Below are positions 26,466-32,972 of a stretch of 32,972 bases of DNA, one piece after another. The stretch lies in sequence record SRR31156797_6766; one strand, given 5' to 3'. A program made the translations under genes and the position numbers. Numbering within the stretch: position 1 is the first letter of the stretch; each line of letters opens with the position of its first letter. The notes beneath the pieces are model-generated. The model saw only the letters and a list, made by a program, of their open reading frames with translations, was not told the DNA's origin and ran no database searches.

Positions 26466-27818
26466 ATGGCAATGAAAAATAGTATTATATCAGCAATTGA
26501 CATCGGTACAACCAAGATTATAGCAATCATTGGAAGAAAGACCGATAGTGGAAAATTTGAAATTCTTGGATTTGGAAGACATGATTCCAAAGGTGTAAGA
26601 AGAGGCGAGGTATTGAATATTGAAGAAACAGTGCAGAGTATTCAGAGTGCAGTAAATGAAGCTGAAGAAATGGCAGGAATGAAGATGAAAGAAGCCTATG
26701 TGGGAATTGCAGGAGCACATATTCGTTCACAGCGTACCAGTGGTTACATTCAGTTAAGCTCTCATGAAGAAGAGATTTCAGCTGCACATACCAAAGAATT
26801 GGTTGACCAAATGTACAATACTGCTGTGGATATGGGTGAGGAGATTATCCATGTTCTACCACAGGGATATTCTGTGGATGATGCCCAGGGAGTTGATAAT
26901 CCTGTGGGAGTTGCCGGAAAACGATTAGAGGGTAATTTCCATGTGGTAATTGGAAAGATTAGTGCAGCCAATAATATTAAAAAATGTGTAACACGTGTTG
27001 GAATTCAGGTGAAGAAATTGATCATGGAGCCTTTAGCTTCTGCTAGTGCTGTTTTGAGTGAAGATGAGCTTGAAGCTGGTGTAGCAATGATTGATATAGG
27101 TGGTGGAACAACTGATTTGGCTGTTTATAGAGATAAAAGAATTGTACATACCGCTGTTGTGCCATTAGGTGGTTATTCGGTTACAAATGACATCAAACAA
27201 GGATGCAATATCGTATGGAGATATGCTGAGCGTTTGAAAAAAGAGTTCGGACGTGCATTAGTGAACAGTAGCGATAAAAACAAAGTGGTAAAGATACCCG
27301 GAATAAACGGGATGCCTCATAAAGAGATTTCTTTCGTTCATCTTGCCGGAATTATCCAGGCTCGTATGGAAGAAATAATTGAGCATGTTGTTTACCAGCT
27401 AGATTCTAATGATTTACGCGGAAAGCTTGGTGCAGGTATTGTTGTAACTGGTGGTGGAGCATTATTGGAAAATTTACCACAATTAATGGCATATAAAACG
27501 GGTCAATTAACTCGAATTGGAAAACCAAGAGTTGCAGCTACAGGGGAATCCAAAGATGCAGTTCACGATCCAACATTAGCTACTGCAATTGGTTTAATCA
27601 TAGAAGGTCATAAAGATGCCAATAGTGGCAATGAAACAAAAGTCTCGGAGAAAATCTTAGATTTCCAGGCTGAACCTATTGAAAATGAAGTACAAGAAGA
27701 GGTGGAGTCAAAAGAAGAAGTAATAAAAGGTGAAGAGAAGAAATCAGGTAAGAAGATTAAAGATCAGGTAGGGAAGTTGTTTGGAAGCTTGTTTGATCTT
27801 GATGATACGAATATGTAG
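26466..27818 (+). CDS. ftsA: Cell division protein FtsA
   Basis: 'AIDIGTTKI', 'IDIGGGTTD', 'VVTGGGALL', C-terminal amphipathic helix. Confidence 0.97.
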   Translation: MAMKNSIISAIDIGTTKIIAIIGRKTDSGKFEILGFGRHDSKGVRRGEVLNIEETVQSIQSAVNEAEEMAGMKMKEAYVGIAGAHIRSQRTSGYIQLSSHEEEISAAHTKELVDQMYNTAVDMGEEIIHVLPQGYSVDDAQGVDNPVGVAGKRLEGNFHVVIGKISAANNIKKCVTRVGIQVKKLIMEPLASASAVLSEDELEAGVAMIDIGGGTTDLAVYRDKRIVHTAVVPLGGYSVTNDIKQGCNIVWRYAERLKKEFGRALVNSSDKNKVVKIPGINGMPHKEISFVHLAGIIQARMEEIIEHVVYQLDSNDLRGKLGAGIVVTGGGALLENLPQLMAYKTGQLTRIGKPRVAATGESKDAVHDPTLATAIGLIIEGHKDANSGNETKVSEKILDFQAEPIENEVQEEVESKEEVIKGEEKKSGKKIKDQVGKLFGSLFDLDDTNM

Positions 27819-27838
27819 AAACTGAAAAATTCAGGTAT

Positions 27839-29260
27839 ATGAGCGATGAAAACTTAATGCAATTTGATTTGCCACAAAACAGGTCTTCAATTATAAAAGT
27901 AATTGGAGTCGGAGGAGGTGGAGGAAATGCCGTGAATTACATGTATGAACAAGGCATTAATGAAGTAGATTTTGTGGTTTGCAATACCGATGCGCAAGAT
28001 TTAGCCAAAAGCCCTGTGCCGGTAAAGGTACAATTGGGAGAAAGTTTAACAGGTGGAAGAGGAGCTGGCAGCAAACCTGAAAAAGGAAGACAAGCTGCCA
28101 TTGAAAGTCTGGAGAGGATAGATGAAGTTTTGGGCTCAAATACTAAAATGGTATTTATTACTGCAGGTATGGGCGGTGGAACAGGTACTGGAGCGGCTCC
28201 AGTGATTGCAGAAGAAGCCCAGAAAAAAGGTATTCTGACAATTGGTATTGTTACTATCCCATTTTTATTTGAAGGTAAAAGAAGAATAAATCAGGCAATT
28301 GAAGGTATTGAACGCATGAAAGAGCATGTAGATTCATTGCTTGTGATCAATAATGAAAAGTTACGGGAAATTTATGGTGACTCTTCTGCTTTAAAAGCTT
28401 TTAGTCATGCTGATGATATTTTAAGTACTGCCGCTAAAGGAATTGCAGAAATTATAACAGTTGAGGGTGTTGTGAATGTTGACTTTGAAGATGTTTATAC
28501 TGTAATGCATAATAGTGGAGTGGCACTAATGGGTAGGGCCACAGCTGAAGGCGAAAGCAGAGCTGTAAAAGCGATTGAAAAAGCACTTACATCGCCATTA
28601 CTTAATAATAATGACATTCACGGTTCCAAAAATATGTTATTGCATATTACTTCTGGCTCTGATGAAGTTACAATGGATGAGATAGGACAAATTACTGATT
28701 TTGCCCAGGATGAAGCAGGGCAAAATGCAGATGTAATTTGGGGATTAAGTTCGGACCCTCAACTAGGAGATAAAGTTGCTGTAACTGTGATTGCTACAGG
28801 TTTTGATACTGATGTAATTCCTGAAATATATGCTATGCGTGCAGAGCAAGTGGAGAAAGTAGAGCTAAAAGCAGATCCAGGTGATGAACCAACTGAAATA
28901 AGTTTGGAAGAAAAAGAGACAAAAAGTGATAAAGAAGAACACATATTGTCAATGGATGATCCACTTTCTACTCCTGATGTAGATGAGAAGCCTGTTATTC
29001 CACAAACGAACATAAGTGATGGTGCTGGAGGCATAAAACCGGAGACAAAACAAATTACTAAAATAGAAGAAGATCCACGTTGGGATGGTAAAAAGTTGGA
29101 AGAGTTGGAATCTGTACCTGCTTATTTACGTCGTAAAACTAAATTGGCAAGTAATCCTGCAGATGATAGTGATGAGGTTTCTCGTTACACCTTAAGCGAC
29201 GACGAAGATGGTCCGAGTATTAATCCTGATAATTCGTATTTGAATAATAATGTGGATTAA
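27839..29260 (+). CDS. ftsZ: Cell division protein FtsZ
   Basis: 'GVGGGGGNAV', 'GMGGGTGTG', 'NVDFEDV', conserved tail 'VPAYLRR' and '..NNVD'. Confidence 0.98.
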   Translation: MSDENLMQFDLPQNRSSIIKVIGVGGGGGNAVNYMYEQGINEVDFVVCNTDAQDLAKSPVPVKVQLGESLTGGRGAGSKPEKGRQAAIESLERIDEVLGSNTKMVFITAGMGGGTGTGAAPVIAEEAQKKGILTIGIVTIPFLFEGKRRINQAIEGIERMKEHVDSLLVINNEKLREIYGDSSALKAFSHADDILSTAAKGIAEIITVEGVVNVDFEDVYTVMHNSGVALMGRATAEGESRAVKAIEKALTSPLLNNNDIHGSKNMLLHITSGSDEVTMDEIGQITDFAQDEAGQNADVIWGLSSDPQLGDKVAVTVIATGFDTDVIPEIYAMRAEQVEKVELKADPGDEPTEISLEEKETKSDKEEHILSMDDPLSTPDVDEKPVIPQTNISDGAGGIKPETKQITKIEEDPRWDGKKLEELESVPAYLRRKTKLASNPADDSDEVSRYTLSDDEDGPSINPDNSYLNNNVD

Positions 29261-29293
29261 TTTGGAGACGGGGAATATTTTATTTTTCAAAGT

Positions 29294-29329
29294 ATAGAAT
29301 TCAGAATTTTAGAATTCAGAATATAGAAT
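29294..29329 (+). repeat. Left 7-nt repeat array (nnAGAAT x5)
   Basis: atagaat tcagaat tttagaat tcagaat atagaat; the last unit provides the AT of the start codon. Confidence 0.9.
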
Positions 29330-29699
29330 GCAAGACAGAAAAACAGCAAGAAAATTTGAAGATTTAATCGTATGGCAAAAATCTCATAATCTTGTTTTAT
29401 CAATATATAGAGCCAGTGATGATTTCCCAAAAGCAGAGCTTTTTGGTATAACCTCCCAAATAAGAAGATCAAGTATATCAATTGCAGCAAATATTGCTGA
29501 AGGGTTTAAAAAGCGAAGTATAAAAGATAAGATGAGGTTCTTAAATATTGCACAAGGGTCTTTGGAAGAAACAAGATACTTTTTAATACTTATTAAAGAT
29601 TTAGGATATTGTGAGACAAGTCAATTGAGTAAAAACATAGAGGAAATAAGTAAACTTATGGAAAGTTACATTTCAAAACTAAGACAATCACTTGGATAA
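29328..29699 (+). CDS. Four helix bundle protein (23S rRNA intervening-sequence protein family)
   Basis: 'FEDLIVWQKS', 'FPKAELFGITSQIRRSSISIAANIAEG', 'FLNIAQGSLEETRYFLIL..DLGY'. Confidence 0.95.
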   Translation: MQDRKTARKFEDLIVWQKSHNLVLSIYRASDDFPKAELFGITSQIRRSSISIAANIAEGFKKRSIKDKMRFLNIAQGSLEETRYFLILIKDLGYCETSQLSKNIEEISKLMESYISKLRQSLG

Positions 29700-29702
29700 T
29701 AA

Positions 29703-29737
29703 ATTCTGAATTCTGAATTCTATATTCTGAATTCAAT
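29703..29737 (-). repeat. Right 7-nt repeat array (ATTCTnn-type x5), inverted relative to the left array
   Basis: attctga attctga attctat attctga attcaat; 29717-29734 is the exact reverse complement of 29312-29329. Confidence 0.9.
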
Positions 29738-29750
29738 AAATACGAATGCA

Positions 29751-30200
29751 ATGAGTTTAGAAGCAACAATAACAGAAAAAATGAAAGAGGCCATGAAGGC
29801 TAAGGAAAAGGAGAAGCTTGAGGCTATTAGAGCTATTAAAAATGCCATATTGCAAGAGAAAACGAAGGCAGGGGGAAGTGATGAACTTGATGAAGCTACT
29901 GAATTAAAGATGTTGCAAAAGTTAGTAAAACAACGTGAAGATTCAGCAGATATTTATAAAAAAGAGAATCGCCCAGAATTGGCAGAAAAAGAATTATTTG
30001 AAGCAGGTATTATTCGTGAATTTTTACCGGAACCACTGTCAGAGGATGAAATTAATGCAGAGATTGAAAAGATAATTACAGATACTGGAGCATCAGGTAT
30101 GAAAGACATGGGCAAAGTGATGGGAATGGCAAATAAAGCTATGGCTGGACGAGCCGATGGTAAACTAATTTCAGAAATTGTAAAAGCGAAATTGCAATAA
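29751..30200 (+). CDS. GatB/YqeY domain protein
   Basis: 'MKEAMKAKE', 'KLVKQREDSADIY', 'FLPEPLSEDEI', 'GASGMKDMGKVMG', 'GRADGK'. Confidence 0.95.
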   Translation: MSLEATITEKMKEAMKAKEKEKLEAIRAIKNAILQEKTKAGGSDELDEATELKMLQKLVKQREDSADIYKKENRPELAEKELFEAGIIREFLPEPLSEDEINAEIEKIITDTGASGMKDMGKVMGMANKAMAGRADGKLISEIVKAKLQ

Positions 30201-30216
30201 CTATCTTAAATTATTT

Positions 30217-30252
30217 AAAGGCGTCTGATGATAAAATTAGGCGTCTTTTTTT
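30217..30252 (+). terminator. Rho-independent terminator ending the dcw-yqeY transcript
   Basis: aaaggcgtctgat...attaggcgtcttttttt (stem with G-U pairs, then U-tract). Confidence 0.7.
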
Positions 30253-30300
30253 GTTTATTATTCATAAAGCTTGCTTTCACAGTTTTATATACTATAAAAA

Positions 30301-30308
30301 TAAATTTG
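30301..30308 (+). promoter_or_regulatory. -7 promoter element
   Basis: TAAATTTG upstream of the hydrolase-SDR pair. Confidence 0.55.
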
Positions 30309-30379
30309 CCACACGATGTTAATTTAGCTAAATTAGTTAGCATTATCATTCATAGGCCATTTAACTTAATTTGAAACCA

Positions 30380-31243
30380 ATGGCAAAAACAACAGGGCAA
30401 CCAACCACAGAAATAAAAATCTTACAAAAAGAGATTGAACTAAACGGCATTAAGCTTTCTTACAAAGATAATGGGGTTAAAGGCGATCCTATTGTATTTT
30501 TACACAGAAGTTCTTTGTCTTCGGATTCATTTAAGAATCAATTTTCTGCAAAAGAATTTCAAAAGTATAGGGTTTTAGCGCTTGATATGCCAGGTCATGG
30601 CAATAGTAAACCACCCGCAGAACCTGAAATCTTTTATACCCTTGAAGCATTAACTCAAATTACAGTCAATTGGATTGAGAAACTTGATCTAAAAAAAGCT
30701 TTAATGGTTGGTCACTCAACCGGAGGCCATATTTTGATGGGTGCCTGGCCCCAAATTAATGATCGTGCCAATGGCTTAATTATTTTTGGAGCTCCACCAT
30801 TTGGAAAGGATAAGAAGCTTGAGGATAGCCACTTGGGCCACCCTTCTTATTCTCTTACGCAACACGCTAAATTGTCCAATGAGGAAATTGATAGGTTAGT
30901 TAGATTGTTTATAAGGAAAGATGGTGAAATTGATCCGGTTTTAGAAGAAAGTATTAAAAAGTCAGATCCGGCAATGCGTCCTATACTTAGCCAATCAATT
31001 GCTGAACTTTCTACTCTTGATTATGAAACAGAGAATATCAAGCAACTGTCAAAACCCATAGCTGTTTTGCAAGGTAGATATGATAAAATATTGAAAAGAA
31101 CTTATTTCGATAAGTTAGAAATACCAACACTTTGGCGAAAAAGTGTTCAGCTCGTTGACAATTCCGGTCATTGTCCTCAGATTGAGAACCCTGAACAGTT
31201 TAATCAATTAATACAGCAGTTTCTTATTGACCAGGTGATATAG
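30380..31243 (+). CDS. Alpha/beta fold hydrolase
   Basis: 'ALDMPGHGNS', nucleophile elbow 'GHSTGG', 'GRYD', 'SGHCPQIENP'; ATG 30380 is in frame with the track's TTG 30371. Confidence 0.9.
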   Translation: MAKTTGQPTTEIKILQKEIELNGIKLSYKDNGVKGDPIVFLHRSSLSSDSFKNQFSAKEFQKYRVLALDMPGHGNSKPPAEPEIFYTLEALTQITVNWIEKLDLKKALMVGHSTGGHILMGAWPQINDRANGLIIFGAPPFGKDKKLEDSHLGHPSYSLTQHAKLSNEEIDRLVRLFIRKDGEIDPVLEESIKKSDPAMRPILSQSIAELSTLDYETENIKQLSKPIAVLQGRYDKILKRTYFDKLEIPTLWRKSVQLVDNSGHCPQIENPEQFNQLIQQFLIDQVI

Positions 31244-31282
31244 AAATACCGATTTTTCTCTAATCTAAACATAAAGCTATTT

Positions 31283-32035
31283 ATGAATATAAATTTTCAG
31301 AATAAACTTGTGCTCATCACAGGTGCTAGTAAAGGTATAGGTTATCATGTTTCAAAAATATTTGCAGAGAATGGTGCAAGAGTTATTATGGTTGCTCGAG
31401 ATGAGGAGCACTTAAATGATGCAGCTGTATCTATTGAAGGTGATACTGTGATTTTCAGCGCTGATGTTTCTCAACGAAAAGATCTTGATGCCATTGCTAA
31501 GTTTATCAATAAGGAATATGGTAAATTAGACATTCTAGTGAATAATGCAGGCACCAATATTCGTAAAGCAGTAAAAGATGTGGAAGATGGAGAGTTCGAA
31601 GAGCTTATTAATACAAATCTTAGATCAGGATATGAGCTAACGCGTAAGCTTTATCCTTCGCTGAAAAAGTCTGAGCAGGGCAATGTGGTTTTTATGAGCT
31701 CTGTTGCCGGATTAGCACATTTGAGAACAGGAGCTATTTATGCCATGAGTAAAGCTGCGATGAACCAATTGACTAAAAATCTGGCTGCCGAATGGGCCGC
31801 TGATGGTATACGTGTAAATGCCATAGCTCCATGGTATATCGCTACTCCGTTGGCTAAGCAGGTACTACAAAACGAAGCTTATAAAAAAGAAGTACTAGAT
31901 AGAACACCTATGAAACGTGTTGGCGAACCTGATGAGGTTGCTTCTGTTGTGGCATTTTTATGCTCCAAAGGAGCCGGATACATTACAGGCCAAACAATTG
32001 CCGTGGATGGCGGATTTTCTATTTTTGGGTTTTAG
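31283..32035 (+). CDS. Short-chain dehydrogenase/reductase (tropinone reductase-like)
   Basis: 'TGASKGIG', 'LVNNAG', 'YAMSK', '[15 protein letters not shown]', '[11 protein letters not shown]'. Confidence 0.92.
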   Translation: MNINFQNKLVLITGASKGIGYHVSKIFAENGARVIMVARDEEHLNDAAVSIEGDTVIFSADVSQRKDLDAIAKFINKEYGKLDILVNNAGTNIRKAVKDVEDGEFEELINTNLRSGYELTRKLYPSLKKSEQGNVVFMSSVAGLAHLRTGAIYAMSKAAMNQLTKNLAAEWAADGIRVNAIAPWYIATPLAKQVLQNEAYKKEVLDRTPMKRVGEPDEVASVVAFLCSKGAGYITGQTIAVDGGFSIFGF

Positions 32036-32780
32036 CTTTTGTCGCTGTAATTATTAATGGAAGTTCAGTATTGCTAAGCTTTGCTTTTTTGAAAGAGCTG
32101 TACATATTTATATCACTAAATCCTTGATTTGACAATTGATGCTTTATTTCATGAGGCCTGATGGCAAATAACCGGGCAGTGTTGTTAATCGTTTTATTGT
32201 TTTTTTTGATTGTTAGTTTTGTATTGAAGTCAATTAACCGATTGTGTGAATTAAATTGATATGTTCTGTCAAAGCGAATATGGTCATTTTCAATGGTTGG
32301 AAGTTCAGTTATTTTATTGTCAATGATATAATCATAGTTTAGTATTTGTAATGTAAGCTTACTGTCAGTGTTTAGAATTTCATAAACTTGTTTTAGAAAA
32401 TTACTGATATCTTCAATTGATTGTAAATGAACAAGTGTGTTTCCGTAGCAAAAAATGAGGTTATAGTTTTCAGCATTAAAATGTTCTATCATTTTGAGCA
32501 TATCACCTTCATAAAATGATAGATTTTGAATACCTGTTGCTTTTTCTTTTGCAATGTTTATCATTTCGCCATCCAAATCAAACCCTTCAATAAACCTACA
32601 ATAGGGTGAAAGCGCTATGCTCATGCTTCCGGTTGCACAACCAACGTCCAATATCTTACTTGTTTTGCTGATTAAGCTCTTTGTGAATTCAAATGCAGAT
32701 TTCTTAAGTGGAAAGATATGATCGTAAACTCCAGCTATTGAATTGTAAAATATTTGAGCATTGTTTGATGTAGTGGTCAT
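32019..32780 (-). CDS. Class I SAM-dependent methyltransferase
   Basis: 'ILDVGCATG', 'GFDLDGEMI', 'EGDM', '[10 protein letters not shown]'. Confidence 0.9.
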   Translation of the reverse strand: MTTTSNNAQIFYNSIAGVYDHIFPLKKSAFEFTKSLISKTSKILDVGCATGSMSIALSPYCRFIEGFDLDGEMINIAKEKATGIQNLSFYEGDMLKMIEHFNAENYNLIFCYGNTLVHLQSIEDISNFLKQVYEILNTDSKLTLQILNYDYIIDNKITELPTIENDHIRFDRTYQFNSHNRLIDFNTKLTIKKNNKTINNTARLFAIRPHEIKHQLSNQGFSDINMYSSFKKAKLSNTELPLIITATKAKTQK

Positions 32781-32924
32781 GTCTAAGCTTCTTTAACAGT
32801 TAAAGCAATATTATATCGTTTTTGTTTAGGAAAATTTAAGTGCACGAAAAAATTGCGATGATTAGCAATTCATAGGTACACAATTTACTGGAATAATAAT
32901 ATTTCATTTTGGTTTTTTAAGATT

Positions 32925-32960
32925 CTAATCTACTTTATCCGCTAAATCAGCCTGATCCGT
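32925..32960. repeat. Degenerate 9-nt tandem repeat (nnnATCnRY x4)
   Basis: ctaatctac tttatccgc taaatcagc ctgatccgt; ATC at 32928, 32937, 32946, 32955. Confidence 0.5.
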
Positions 32961-32972
32961 GTTCTAAATCTT

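Noticed and set aside
808-29490. Many 60-135 aa ORFs overlapping real genes on the opposite strand or in another frame (e.g. 808-1047, 10328-10597, 10364-10714, 21173-21493, 22938-23345, 28759-29034, 29287-29490)
   Set aside because: They lie within or across well-supported genes and show no recognisable motifs; treated as shadow ORFs
29328-29699. Diversity-generating retroelement (Avd) or an rRNA intervening sequence
   Set aside because: No reverse transcriptase, TR/VR pair or rRNA sequence in the window
32019-32035. 17-nt convergent overlap of the SDR and methyltransferase 3' ends
   Set aside because: Short tail-to-tail overlaps are common; no further signal

Overview
AT-rich chromosomal window from a Bacteroidota (probably Bacteroidales/Marinilabiliales-like) bacterium, judged from TAnnTTTG promoters, a T9SS cargo protein, the long-form PurF and the Bacteroidota-type dcw order. 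Left part: 3' end of an ExbD-type gene, a universal stress protein, a SPOR-domain protein, split transketolase-purF and a T9SS substrate. Then a minus-strand PadR operon (two membrane proteins built from GldL-like hairpin repeats plus a GldM-like tail, and a membrane-anchored Ntn hydrolase) and a glsA/glsB-like acyltransferase pair. The core is the dcw cluster (mraZ-rsmH-ftsL-ftsI-murE-mraY-murD-ftsW-murG-murC-ftsQ-ftsA-ftsZ) with four MraZ boxes, followed by yqeY, an alpha/beta hydrolase, an SDR and a methyltransferase. The most unusual signals are non-coding. (1) A four-helix-bundle (23S rRNA IVP-like) gene sits between ftsZ and yqeY, bracketed by inverted arrays of 7-nt repeats, and an 'empty' gene-less version of the same architecture lies between murD and ftsW. 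(2) Two diverged copies of a ~125-nt long-hairpin element, with compensatory stem changes and conserved internal motifs, lie in sense orientation at the 3' ends of purF and padR. All gene calls come from motif recognition by eye; no database search was run.
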